Assembly (NCBI GenBank): GCA_977020255.1
Contig: CDROCS010000253.1
Coordinates: forward strand, 1,550,001-1,614,000
Direction: 5' to 3'
Source of the DNA: Obrimoposthia wandeli
Lineage: Eukaryota
DNA: 64,000 bases
The position numbers and the translations under genes are program-made. The notes under the pieces are model-generated. The model was not told the DNA's origin. It saw only the letters and a program-made list of their open reading frames with translations, and ran no database searches. Numbering within the stretch: position 1 is the first letter of the stretch; the number at the start of each line of letters is the position of its first letter. This document shows, in pieces, positions 51,095 through 61,092 of the stretch.

Positions 51095-52921
51095 ATGTCG
51101 TATGAAATGAACTTTGGCAAAGCTTACAATGAGCAATTACCTACTTTAGGCGAAACCATGAGTGATGTGATTCGCTTTTTTGGTGGTCAGCATATTTATG
51201 GTGTAGGCGGAGACTTTGCTGCTAACTTAATCGCAGCTCTTGGTGTTAATGAGCATGGCGAAGGCATTCAAATTAATCCATCGAGTAATGAAATGCATGC
51301 AGGATTTTCAGCCTGTGCTCAAGCAGAAGTCGATGGTATGGGTTTTTGTTTAACTACCTATATGGTTGGTAGTTTACCTTGTACCAGTGCAGCAGCATTA
51401 GCGGTCACTGAGGGATTACCCGTTGTCTTTATTTCAGGTGCACCTGCAGAAAGTGAGGTGAATCAAGTAGCTATTCATCACACTATTCATCCCAATGCCT
51501 CATGGAAAGCTGAATATGATAATGCTTTAGAAGCTTTTTCTGCCTTGGGTATGCGTGTAGAGCGTTTACAAGGACAGCGCGTAGAAGGACATCCTAATCT
51601 TGCCGGACAACGTTTTTATCAAATTGTCAGTGAAGCGTATAAGAATAAGCAGCCCGTTTTTATTGAAGTACCACGCGACCAAGTCTTTGCTAAAACCCAA
51701 CCTATTAAGCTACCAAGCACTTTAGATAATATTTGCTGCGGAAGTAATATTTTAGCGGGGACAGAGTTAATTGTTGATAATATTCTAGATAAATTGGCCC
51801 AAGCCAAAGCACCTATGCTCTACTTAGGTGATCGCCTAAAGCACAATGAAAAACTTAAACATTTGATTATTAGTTTTGCGGATAAATTTAATATTCCCTA
51901 TGCCACCACTTGGTTTGCTAAAGGACTTTTTGATGAATATTCGCCACTGTGTTTAGGTGCTTACAATGGTATTTTTACCCAAACAAGTGGCCGTGAGTAC
52001 ATTGAACAGCAAGTTGATTATGTTATTGATATTGCTACCAGTATATTTCCGCAAGACAGTAATATTGCGTTTGGTACTGGTACCCATAAAATTGAGCGCT
52101 TTGATAATAAAACACTCTTAAAAGGTGGTTCACTGTTAGAGAAAGACCTTATCGCAATCTTTGAGCGCTTGCTGGAGCAAGATATTATCCCCTTCGAGTT
52201 TACAACGCCATCTCAAAGAGGCTTAACAGCGCTGTCGCCACAGCTTGAAAGTAATGCATTAGCCAATGGTGAAGACGATATTGATTTTAATAACTTGGCG
52301 CAAACACTCAATGACTTACAGGCACAAGATGCCAGTACCTATGTTTATCTACCTGAAGTAGGTAATTCATATTTTGCCAGTTACAGTTTGAAAGTTCGTC
52401 AATCAATACTTGGTCGCTCTTGGCTTACTAATCCTTGGTACGGCGCAATGGGTACGGCATTGCCTTATGCCAGAGTGGTTGCTCAGCGTATAAAGTCACA
52501 ACAAATAGACGAGCGTGCGGTGGTAATCATTGGCGACGGTGGTTTTCACTTTCAACTTAATGAACTTATTCACTTCTTAAAAGATAAGTCAGACGTCACC
52601 ATCATTTACATGCGTAATAATGTTTTTCACTTAGGAAAAAGTGGTGACGGGGCTATTTATCACTGTAATGATAGTGAGTTTGATGTGCACAGTTTAGTTA
52701 AAGCCTATCAAGGTAATAGCAAAAAATGTACTAGTGTCAGTGACTTTAAAGCTTATTTTAAAGCGAGCAGAGAACAAACAGGAATATCCCTAATTGAGGT
52801 ACTCGCTCAGCCGATAGAAGCAAGACAAAGTAACGAATTGAAACTGCTTAACCTTTATATTAAATCTCAAAATGGTCAAGCTGACGCGGTGAAAGCATGG
52901 CAAGAGTTAACTGAGAAATAA
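51095..52921 (+). CDS. thiamine-diphosphate-dependent 2-oxo-acid decarboxylase (indolepyruvate/phenylpyruvate decarboxylase family)
   Basis: GVGGDF, NEMHAGF, HH pair, YGAMGTALP and the GDG...NN ThDP motif (IGDGGFHFQLNEL...MRNN). Confidence 0.8.
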   Translation: MSYEMNFGKAYNEQLPTLGETMSDVIRFFGGQHIYGVGGDFAANLIAALGVNEHGEGIQINPSSNEMHAGFSACAQAEVDGMGFCLTTYMVGSLPCTSAAALAVTEGLPVVFISGAPAESEVNQVAIHHTIHPNASWKAEYDNALEAFSALGMRVERLQGQRVEGHPNLAGQRFYQIVSEAYKNKQPVFIEVPRDQVFAKTQPIKLPSTLDNICCGSNILAGTELIVDNILDKLAQAKAPMLYLGDRLKHNEKLKHLIISFADKFNIPYATTWFAKGLFDEYSPLCLGAYNGIFTQTSGREYIEQQVDYVIDIATSIFPQDSNIAFGTGTHKIERFDNKTLLKGGSLLEKDLIAIFERLLEQDIIPFEFTTPSQRGLTALSPQLESNALANGEDDIDFNNLAQTLNDLQAQDASTYVYLPEVGNSYFASYSLKVRQSILGRSWLTNPWYGAMGTALPYARVVAQRIKSQQIDERAVVIIGDGGFHFQLNELIHFLKDKSDVTIIYMRNNVFHLGKSGDGAIYHCNDSEFDVHSLVKAYQGNSKKCTSVSDFKAYFKASREQTGISLIEVLAQPIEARQSNELKLLNLYIKSQNGQADAVKAWQELTEK

Positions 52922-52954
52922 AGAGACTATTAGCGATTAAAAATAAGCACTAAT

Positions 52955-52982
52955 AAAAAATCCGGCACATGGCCGGATTTTT
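52955..52982. terminator. bidirectional intrinsic terminator
   Basis: A6-TCCGGC-ACATG-GCCGGA-T5 between convergent genes. Confidence 0.88.
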
Positions 52983-53103
52983 ATGTTCAGGATGAACAGT
53001 ATTAAGCAAAGGCAGGACGCACATTTGCGATATGTTCAGAATGAACAGTACCTCATCTCTCTAGAAGTGGGTAGTGGTTGAATCAGTTAAACTTATTCAA
53101 CAG

Positions 53104-55299
53104 TTACTCAACTATATCCATTTCTTCAATTAAGTTAGTGGCACCATCTACGTGCTCCATAACCCAAAGCATGTAACGAACATCAACGTGAATTGAACGA
53201 TTTAATTTAGTATCATAATCCCAATCACCAATAATGCTTTCATAAACACCATCAAATACTAAACCAACAAATTCAGCTTTGTCGTTGAGTGTCGGTGAGC
53301 CTGAGTTACCACCGGTAATATCAAGCGTACCTAAGTAATTTACAGGTACTGAGCCCAATGCTTTTTTCGCGTACTCGCCGTACTGTTTTTTATTGATTAA
53401 ATCTAATTGCTTTTGTGGAGCATCAAATGGTGCAATACCGGTATCTTTCGCAACAATACCTTCAAGCGTAGTATAAGGCGTAGCCGTTAAACCATCTTGA
53501 GGAGAATAACCTTTTACATTACCGTAAGTAATACGCAAAGTGCTGTTAGCGTCTGCATAGACAGGTAAGTTATTATCGTTGAAGTAAGCAATAAGGGCTT
53601 CCATATACTTAGGACGGAAAGCTTGAATATTACCCGCTAACTCTTTTGACTTATCTTCAATCGCTTTACGTTCTTTAAAACTCGTAACGGCTAATTGAAT
53701 AAAAGGGTCTTTGCTCTCTTCAAAATAACTTACCGATTTATTCATTAACGCTAAGCGCTGTTCTTGAGAATTAAGCTTGGTTTTTTTGTACATTTTACCT
53801 AACTGCTTACGTAGCTTTTTCTCGTTAAAGTTTTTAGCAGTAGTGTTAGTTAAACCAAAGAATTTATCAAATGACTTGATACGCTCAGCTTTAGCTAAAG
53901 TAACGTAGTGCGTTAACATAGCAACAAGAATTTCTTTATCAATTTTCTCATCATAACGACGATCAACAGACTTCATGCCTTGTTCAAAACGGGCAATATC
54001 ACGCTCTTGATAACCATGTTCACGTTCAATGTTTGGCTTGGTATTTTCTACAGCTAAACGGTGTAGTGATTTCGCAGTAGATAACATTTTACTGTAACGC
54101 ATGTAACCCAAAATTAAATCACGGGCTTGTTGCTGATCATCTTGTTTAACTAGGCTGTCTAAACCAGATAACGCTTTACCGTATTGTGCTTTACGTTCTG
54201 AACTGCTGTTTAACCATTTAGTTAAATTTGTTTCAAGTGTTTGCTTACGTTGTAAGAAAGTACCCTTGTTGTAACTGTGGATCATTGAACCATAGTTTTT
54301 AGCATAATTAGCAAGACCAGCTAACGTGCTTTCGTACTTAATACGCGCTTCACTGCCTACTGCTGAATGGGCATGAATTAAATCAATAATTTCTTCACGG
54401 TAGGCTTTAGCGTGTGGGTAAGTCCAAGAGAAAGTATTTTCAACTTCATACGCGGTGCGGTAGCGGTTAGTTCTGCCTGGGTAGCCAAGAACCATGATGT
54501 AATCACCGTCATCAACACTGCTTTTGTTTACTTTTAAGTGATGCTTAGGCTGGTATGGTACATTGTCTTTGCTGAAATCAGCAGGTTGACCATCTTTACC
54601 GACATAAGCGCGGTAAAAACCGTAATCGCCAGTGTGACGTGGCCACATCCAGTTATCGATATCGCCGCCGTATTTACCAATACTGCTTGCTGGCGCATGC
54701 ACTAAACGCACATCACGAATAGTAAGTTGCTTGAATAAGTAATATTCTAAACCGCCGTGAAAGTTAACCACACTACAGCGATATCTATCATCATTTTCAC
54801 ATTCAGCGACTAATTTTTTAGAATTATTATCAACCGCTTTATAACGATCACTCCCTGACATTTTTTCAGTAACGCCTGATTTTACCAGTTTTGTTACTTC
54901 GGTAATTTCTTCTGTCACATAAATACGACTACCTGGTGTTGCAGGTAATTCTTCAGCAAAACTCTTCGCTAAAAAACCATTTTTAAGTAGGTTGTTTTCT
55001 GCGGTTGAATTGTATTGTACTGAACCATAAACACAGTGATGGTTAGTTGCCACTAAGCCCTGATCAGAAACAAATGATGCGGTACAACCACCCAAACTAA
55101 CAATAGCGCCCATAGGGAAACCCGCTAGGTCAGTTAAATCATTTGGATTTAATTTTAAACCCGCTTTTGTTAATTCTTTGGCGATTGTTGGTAATTGGTT
55201 TGGTTGCCACATACCTTCATCAGCTAATGCTGAACCAGCGCTAAGCGCCAGTGTTGGCAATAGTACTGAAAAGCTCAGTAATTTTTTTATTTTATTCAT
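53104..55299 (-). CDS. S46 family dipeptidyl peptidase (DPP7/DAP BII type)
   Basis: DEGMW mature N-terminus, TNHHC, DNWMWPRHTGD and ITGGNSGSP motifs; Gly at the S1 position (FDGVY). Confidence 0.93.
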   Translation of the reverse strand: MNKIKKLLSFSVLLPTLALSAGSALADEGMWQPNQLPTIAKELTKAGLKLNPNDLTDLAGFPMGAIVSLGGCTASFVSDQGLVATNHHCVYGSVQYNSTAENNLLKNGFLAKSFAEELPATPGSRIYVTEEITEVTKLVKSGVTEKMSGSDRYKAVDNNSKKLVAECENDDRYRCSVVNFHGGLEYYLFKQLTIRDVRLVHAPASSIGKYGGDIDNWMWPRHTGDYGFYRAYVGKDGQPADFSKDNVPYQPKHHLKVNKSSVDDGDYIMVLGYPGRTNRYRTAYEVENTFSWTYPHAKAYREEIIDLIHAHSAVGSEARIKYESTLAGLANYAKNYGSMIHSYNKGTFLQRKQTLETNLTKWLNSSSERKAQYGKALSGLDSLVKQDDQQQARDLILGYMRYSKMLSTAKSLHRLAVENTKPNIEREHGYQERDIARFEQGMKSVDRRYDEKIDKEILVAMLTHYVTLAKAERIKSFDKFFGLTNTTAKNFNEKKLRKQLGKMYKKTKLNSQEQRLALMNKSVSYFEESKDPFIQLAVTSFKERKAIEDKSKELAGNIQAFRPKYMEALIAYFNDNNLPVYADANSTLRITYGNVKGYSPQDGLTATPYTTLEGIVAKDTGIAPFDAPQKQLDLINKKQYGEYAKKALGSVPVNYLGTLDITGGNSGSPTLNDKAEFVGLVFDGVYESIIGDWDYDTKLNRSIHVDVRYMLWVMEHVDGATNLIEEMDIVE

Positions 55300-55641
55300 A
55301 GCTTCCTACTTTTCTCTTGTAGTTTTGAACTGAATTAACTTGTTTTTTAGGACTCAATTTTGATGTTATTCAGTTGTTATTTGATTGTAATTTTTTTGAT
55401 AATAAATATCGACAACAGAGTGTGCGCTAGTGGTAAGTTTTAGTCAAAAAAAACCGTGAAATTATTCATTTCAATTGTAAAGGTAGGTTTCAAAAAATAA
55501 TTCACGAAGTGCCATTATTGCCATGAAACTTATCATTAACAGTGGCGTATATTTTATGCTTTAAGCAATAGTCATGAAGTTATCATCTATTGATATTTAC
55601 TTGTTCTTTAGCAATAAGTTGATCTACTCATGGTTATCACA

Positions 55642-55690
55642 AATAAAAACAATTCTCACTTGTAATTGTAATCAAGTGTCATTATCATTA
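55642..55690 (+). promoter_or_regulatory. Fur-like boxes upstream of the porin-imelysin-DHOR operon
   Basis: AATAAAAACAATTCTCACT and GTGTCATTATCATT near the start codon. Confidence 0.55.
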
Positions 55691-55719
55691 GCGCAAATAA
55701 CATTAATTCTCGTTCTTAT

Positions 55720-57096
55720 TTGAGTGATTCCATGAATAACGTCCTAAAATTTATAGCTATAAATACTCTATTTCTCTTCCATCATCAAAGTTTTGCGGCT
55801 AGTGAGACTGAGTTACAGACCGAAATATTAAAGCAGAAAGAACAACTGCAGTTGATTGAAAAACAATTAGCAGAATTAAAAACAACAATGATAAGTGTGC
55901 AAGAGCAACGTCATGAGGAAAAAACAGCAAGTCATAACAATGATAAAAATTGGCAAATTAACTCATACGGTAGTGTGCTTTATAAGAGCGAAGAGATTTA
56001 TCGTAATATCCAAGATATTGACCCCGAGCGTAAAGCAACCACTGATTTAGAGCGAGTCGTCTTAGAGTTTGTTTACGACTTTGATGCTAAATGGCAAGTA
56101 GAAATTGAACTTGAATATGAACATGGCGGAGTGGGTTCAACGCTTGAATATGATGGTTTTGAAGAATTTGGTGAATTTGAAACCGAAATTGAAGCGGGCG
56201 GTGAAGTTATTGTTGAAAAGCTACAAGCAAAATATACAGCAAATGAAAACTTCACCATTAAAATGGGTCATATCTTTGTTCCTGTCGGTTTAGGCACAGA
56301 CTTACATAAACCCGGTCAGTACTTTACTACTCAACGACATTGGAGTGAAGCCACACTCATCCCACAAGTATGGCATGAAACAGGTGTTAACCTGATCAGT
56401 AAATGGCAGGGATTCACGGCACAAACCTTAATAACAACAGGTTTAAATTCAGAGTATTTTCGAACTTATGAATGGGTAGCTACGGGACATCAAAAAAGAT
56501 TTGAACAAGTTAATGCTGATGATTTAGCACTAACGCTTCGTTTAGATTACGGTGACATAAAAGCAGGTAAAGGCTTTGGCGTTAGTTATTACACCGGAGA
56601 CACTTCAGGAAACCGCAATAATACCGCTAAAGTTACTGGTGACGGAAATCTCACTATCATCGGTCTTCATGGAGCTTACCGCTATGAAAACTGGCAAGTT
56701 AGAGGGCAATATCTCTTTGGCACTTTAGATGACAGTGAAGCGATAACCAATGCTAATAAAACTACACCTGGCCTTAAACCGGGTAACTTCGCACAACTGG
56801 GCAGTGAAGCAGAATCATCATTTGTTGAACTTGCTTATAACAGCCAAGGTCTTTTTAATTTAAGTAATCCCCTTTATTTATACACCACTTATGAATATGC
56901 CAACCCAATTAAAGAGGTTGAGCAGGGCAATGCAACCGATCGTTTTAACAAACAATCAGTTGCCTTAGGTATTAATTACTTTCCTATCAAAAATATTGTT
57001 TTAAAAGCACAAGTCGCACAACAAATGTATGCACAAAGTAATTTAGATGACAGCAGCAGTTTTAGCCTATCGATAGGTTATTTTTTCTCAATATAA
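55720..57096 (+). CDS. outer-membrane porin-like protein with N-terminal coiled coil
   Basis: Signal peptide, coiled coil, beta-strand periodicity, ELEYEHGG and WHETG motifs, aromatic C-terminus; probable ATG at 55732. Confidence 0.7.
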   Translation: MSDSMNNVLKFIAINTLFLFHHQSFAASETELQTEILKQKEQLQLIEKQLAELKTTMISVQEQRHEEKTASHNNDKNWQINSYGSVLYKSEEIYRNIQDIDPERKATTDLERVVLEFVYDFDAKWQVEIELEYEHGGVGSTLEYDGFEEFGEFETEIEAGGEVIVEKLQAKYTANENFTIKMGHIFVPVGLGTDLHKPGQYFTTQRHWSEATLIPQVWHETGVNLISKWQGFTAQTLITTGLNSEYFRTYEWVATGHQKRFEQVNADDLALTLRLDYGDIKAGKGFGVSYYTGDTSGNRNNTAKVTGDGNLTIIGLHGAYRYENWQVRGQYLFGTLDDSEAITNANKTTPGLKPGNFAQLGSEAESSFVELAYNSQGLFNLSNPLYLYTTYEYANPIKEVEQGNATDRFNKQSVALGINYFPIKNIVLKAQVAQQMYAQSNLDDSSSFSLSIGYFFSI

Positions 57097-57149
57097 AACG
57101 TTTAGTAAAAATTAATCAATAAAAATATTTAAACAAGGAACACAATAAC

Positions 57150-58292
57150 ATGTTAAAAAAATCACTTATGGCCTTGGCCTTATCAAGCGCAGTTCTTACT
57201 GGCTGTGGCGGTAGTTCATCAAAAGATCCCGTTGTTACTCCGGTCGTAACTGGGTTTACCTTTGAAGCAACAGAAATGATCACTAATTTAACCAATGATG
57301 TGATTGTTGCAGGCTATAAAAATCTTAATGATGAGGCAGCAGTTTACTTGTTAGCTACTCAGAATTTAGCCAATACGGCTACAGAAGAAAATTTAGCAGC
57401 AGCGCAACAAGCTTGGAAAGATGTTCGCGTACATTGGGAGCAAGGTGAGTCTCATATCTTCGGTCCTGTTGATGCACTTTCTATTGACCCGCATTTAGAT
57501 ACTTGGCCATTAAATACCACTGATTTGCAAGTATTACTAGCGACTCAAACTGGCTTTAGCGCTGATGTAGTAAAACTATTTAATGATGATGTGCAAGGTT
57601 TCCATACTATGGAGTTTTTATTGTTTGGTAATGGTGTTGCCGACAATGAAAAAGCTATTGCTGAAATGACAGCCTTAGAGCGTGAATACTTATCTGCCGC
57701 GGCAGAAGTGTTTAAAACGCATACGCAAACATTGTTTGATGCATGGACTGTCGCTACTGATGCAACTGATGCTAACTCTCCTGCCTATAAAGACTTATTA
57801 CTAACTCCTGATAATGAGGTTTATTCTTCTTCGTTAGGTGTAGTCGAAGAATTAATTAATGGCATGATTGGTATAGTGGATGAAGTAGGTAATGGTAAAA
57901 TTTCAGAACCTTTTGGCAGCAGTATTGATAATATCGATACCACAAAAGTAGAATCACAATATAGCTGGAACTCTCTGGCTGATTTTACTGACAATATCCA
58001 AGGTGTTCAAAATGTTTATCGTGGCGAGTTTATAGGTCAAGCAGATAAAGCCGGTATTATTGACTTTGTTACAGCAGCGGATGCTGTTATAGCAACGCGC
58101 GTAGACACTGAAATAGCGGATGCTATCGCAGCAATCAAAGCCATTGCCGGTGACAATGACCTGCCATTTAGACAGGCTATTAATAATGCTGATGCTCGCG
58201 TTAGAATTCAAACAGCAATTGATACGTTAACAACATTACAAACCTCGTTAGAGAATGATGTGTTAACGCAACTAAAAGCATGGCAGCAGTAA
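57150..58292 (+). CDS. imelysin-family lipoprotein (IrpA/LruB-like, peptidase M75)
   Basis: Lipobox LTGC; AQQAWK, DTWPLN, GFHTMEFLLF (GxHxxE) and ESQYSWNSLADF motifs. Confidence 0.88.
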   Translation: MLKKSLMALALSSAVLTGCGGSSSKDPVVTPVVTGFTFEATEMITNLTNDVIVAGYKNLNDEAAVYLLATQNLANTATEENLAAAQQAWKDVRVHWEQGESHIFGPVDALSIDPHLDTWPLNTTDLQVLLATQTGFSADVVKLFNDDVQGFHTMEFLLFGNGVADNEKAIAEMTALEREYLSAAAEVFKTHTQTLFDAWTVATDATDANSPAYKDLLLTPDNEVYSSSLGVVEELINGMIGIVDEVGNGKISEPFGSSIDNIDTTKVESQYSWNSLADFTDNIQGVQNVYRGEFIGQADKAGIIDFVTAADAVIATRVDTEIADAIAAIKAIAGDNDLPFRQAINNADARVRIQTAIDTLTTLQTSLENDVLTQLKAWQQ

Positions 58293-58381
58293 TTTTTAGC
58301 TAACTATCATGAGTGTTTTTTAAGGATGAATGTCGTGCAAGGATGCACACCAGTTTAAAGAATGTCCTGGAAGTATTCCCT

Positions 58382-59998
58382 ATGAAAAATTTAAGCAGAG
58401 AAAAATGGTCAAGCTTGACCATCATTATCGCAAGTTCGATAATTATTTCTGGCTGTAACTCAAGCAGTTCAGATAAAAAAGAAGAAACACAATCAAAAAC
58501 CCAAGTTGCCTATACCCATATAAGTCAATTAGGTGGTGATGCCACTGCGGTAAGTGCAAGTGATTCGGGACATGGTTTTTCAACGCCTATGCCTAACTTA
58601 ACTAATGAACAATTAGAAAAACATTTAGCCGGTGATGCCCATTTTGAAACAGCATTTACTACAGCTCCAAATAGTGAACACCCTGAACTCGATGGTTTAG
58701 GGCCTGTCTTTAATAATCAAGATTGTAATTCTTGTCATCAACGTGATGGTCGATCTTCAACGATTAGCTTAGCACAAGGTCAAAAGCGCATTTTGTTAGG
58801 TCCTGAAGCAGGGATCTTTTTACGTATGAGTATTGACGATGGCGAATGCTCTAATCCATCTACAGATAACAATTACTGTAAAAATGTCGGTGTTGATGGC
58901 TTTGGTACACAGTTATTTCATCGAGGCGTATTAAAGGCTCGAAATGATTGGCAAGAAAAGCCTTTCATTGGTCAAGCGGATGTTTATCTGGCCTATGAAT
59001 ATTCCACGGTCGAATATGCCGATGGCAGTGCTGTGAAACTTAAAAAGCCAATATTTACCATTGAACAGCCTTATGATGTTAGCGCTAAAAATCGATTAGA
59101 TAGTGCTATCTTACAAGCTGATGTTCGCTATAGTCCAAGAAATGGCATGCCAGTTTTTGGTTTAGGCTTACTGGAACTTATCAGTGATGCTGATATTTTG
59201 GCTATCGCTGATGAAAGTGATTCAAATGAAGATGGCATATCGGGACGTCCAAATTGGGTGTTTGATCCGGTTAAAGCAAAAAATAATGACCCTATACCAG
59301 TCTCTTTAGGTCGCTTTGGTTGGAAAGCCAGTACGCCCAGTGTTCGTGTGCAATCTCTTGGTGCTTTACGGGGTGATATGGGGGTAACCAACCCATTATT
59401 TCCTGATGAAAGTATTGCTAATACGCCGTTACATGAAAGTTATTTAGCCCGAACAAATTATGTTGATACCGGTATTGATGAACAAGGTAATACTGAAGCG
59501 TCGCAAGAATTTTCTGATGAGGTAGTCTTTTATGCCGAAACGTTAGCAGTACCAGCAAGACGTAATATTGACAAAGAATCTGTGGTAGCGGGCGCTCAGC
59601 TTTTTGATAAAGTTAACTGCACAGGTTGTCATCAACCTAGTTTTACCACTGCAGCGGGTGAGTTATTAGTGGGTGGTTTACCGGCACCTGATGGTTTGAA
59701 AGGTCAGAAAATATATCCTTTCACTGATATGTTACTGCATGACTTAGGTGATGGTTTAGCTGATAACCGTCGTGATTTCACTGCGACTGGTGTTGAATGG
59801 AAAACTAGACCTTTATGGGGAATAGGGCTAACTAAAACGGTTAACCCTGCCGCAGGTTTTCTACATGATGGCCGCGCAGCAACGGTTGAAGAAGCTATTT
59901 TATGGCACGGTGGTGAAGCACAGCAAAGTAAAGAAGACTTCATGGCTATGACACAAGTAGATAGACAAGCGTTATTGGATTTTGTTATGTCATTGTAG
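58382..59998 (+). CDS. di-heme oxidoreductase (DHOR) family lipoprotein
   Basis: Lipobox ISGC; CNSCH and CTGCH; GLGLLE, GRFGWKA, TRPLWG and LHDGRA motifs. The ORF track starts at 58313. Confidence 0.88.
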   Translation: MKNLSREKWSSLTIIIASSIIISGCNSSSSDKKEETQSKTQVAYTHISQLGGDATAVSASDSGHGFSTPMPNLTNEQLEKHLAGDAHFETAFTTAPNSEHPELDGLGPVFNNQDCNSCHQRDGRSSTISLAQGQKRILLGPEAGIFLRMSIDDGECSNPSTDNNYCKNVGVDGFGTQLFHRGVLKARNDWQEKPFIGQADVYLAYEYSTVEYADGSAVKLKKPIFTIEQPYDVSAKNRLDSAILQADVRYSPRNGMPVFGLGLLELISDADILAIADESDSNEDGISGRPNWVFDPVKAKNNDPIPVSLGRFGWKASTPSVRVQSLGALRGDMGVTNPLFPDESIANTPLHESYLARTNYVDTGIDEQGNTEASQEFSDEVVFYAETLAVPARRNIDKESVVAGAQLFDKVNCTGCHQPSFTTAAGELLVGGLPAPDGLKGQKIYPFTDMLLHDLGDGLADNRRDFTATGVEWKTRPLWGIGLTKTVNPAAGFLHDGRAATVEEAILWHGGEAQQSKEDFMAMTQVDRQALLDFVMSL

Positions 59999-60025
59999 TT
60001 AATAGTCCATAATTGAAATTTTTAT

Positions 60026-60186
60026 ACATGTCTATGTAGTTGGCTCAGGAGTTCATTAATTTCGTCATCTTCGAAGTGTCTAGTCGAAGATCCATTGTCT
60101 GGCGTTTGGGATTCCCGACAAGACATCTCGGGAATGACGGTATTTGACAATATTGTCTCTTTCCTCATTGATCTACATAGGCATGT
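60026..60186. repeat. nested palindromic element
   Basis: Outer arms ACATGTCTATGTAG / CTACATAGGCATGT; inner CGTCAT...ATTCCCGA-N9-TCGGGAAT-GACG. Confidence 0.65.
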
Positions 60187-60192
60187 TTTTAT

Positions 60193-60220
60193 AAGTAATG
60201 GGCTTTCTAGCCCATTACTT
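60193..60220. terminator. probable terminator hairpin after the DHOR operon
   Basis: AAGTAATGGGCT-TTCT-AGCCCATTACTT. Confidence 0.7.
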
Positions 60221-60488
60221 ATCTTTAGTTCATCTTTAGTTTTTTAGTGACACCCTAAAACGGAGTTGCTTTGTTTAAGTCATTAACGCTAATGCATTTA
60301 CTGCTAGCCTTAATTCAAAGGTGACGCAGAAGCGGCCTTGATGACTGATAGCATTGTCGCATCCACAGATAGAACGTGTGGTTTTGCACAAAATCCCTCT
60401 AAAAACCTTATCAAGTAAATGCTGATTTTAATGTTTTGCGTTGGGATAATCATATGACAGTAATTTCAGCCTAAAAAAACCGATAATT

Positions 60489-60506
60489 AATGAATAAGTA
60501 TTCACT
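60489..60506 (+). promoter_or_regulatory. ARG box upstream of argR (autoregulation)
   Basis: AATGAATAAGTATTCACT closely matches WNTGAATWWWWATTCANW. Confidence 0.75.
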
Positions 60507-60564
60507 AGTTGAGTATCAATAGTGTAGAATTGGTATATACAAATTAATTACATGAAGAAGCTAA

Positions 60565-61041
60565 ATGACTAGCAGCCGAAAAGAGAAAGAGTCCCTATTA
60601 GTTCAGGCATTTAAACGATTATTAAAAGAACAATGTTATGGCTCTCAAGGTCAGTTAGCTGGAGCTCTTGCTGCACAGGGTTTCGAAGATATGTCGCAAG
60701 CGAAAATTTCTCGCTTATTATCAAAACTAGGCGCAGTTAAAACGCGTAATACTAATAATGAAATGATTTATATTTTGCCCGATGAATTGGCAGTCCCAAA
60801 ATCGAAGCAATCAATTGAATCAGTGGTATTGAGTGTTAAGCATAATAATATGCAAATAATCTTAAAAACGGGAATTGGCGCTGCGCCATTAATTTCTCGT
60901 ATGCTGGATAGTATGGGCGAGTCTGCGGGTATTTTAGGTACACTTGCAGGAGATGATACCATTTTCATTGCTCCAGTTGATGTCGATAAAATTGAAGAAA
61001 TCACAATTTCAATTCGTAACTTATTAGCAGTAAAAGATTAG
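60565..61041 (+). CDS. argR: arginine repressor
   Basis: SQAKISRLLSKLGAVK, ILKTGIGAAPLISR and GTLAGDDTIF motifs. Confidence 0.95.
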   Translation: MTSSRKEKESLLVQAFKRLLKEQCYGSQGQLAGALAAQGFEDMSQAKISRLLSKLGAVKTRNTNNEMIYILPDELAVPKSKQSIESVVLSVKHNNMQIILKTGIGAAPLISRMLDSMGESAGILGTLAGDDTIFIAPVDVDKIEEITISIRNLLAVKD

Positions 61042-61063
61042 CAGTAAAAAGTAATCTACCTCT

Positions 61064-61092
61064 TTAACTAGCTATTAAACATAGCTAGTTAA
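61064..61092. terminator. terminator hairpin after argR
   Basis: TTAACTAGCTAT-TAAAC-ATAGCTAGTTAA. Confidence 0.7.

Noticed and set aside
60241-60460. Possible ncRNA or riboswitch upstream of argR
   Set aside because: No riboswitch consensus recognised; looks like a degenerate repeat remnant. An Rfam cmscan would be needed.
61024-61049. 12-bp direct repeat TTAGCAGTAAAA straddling the argR stop
   Set aside because: Most simply a local slippage duplication with no evident function.
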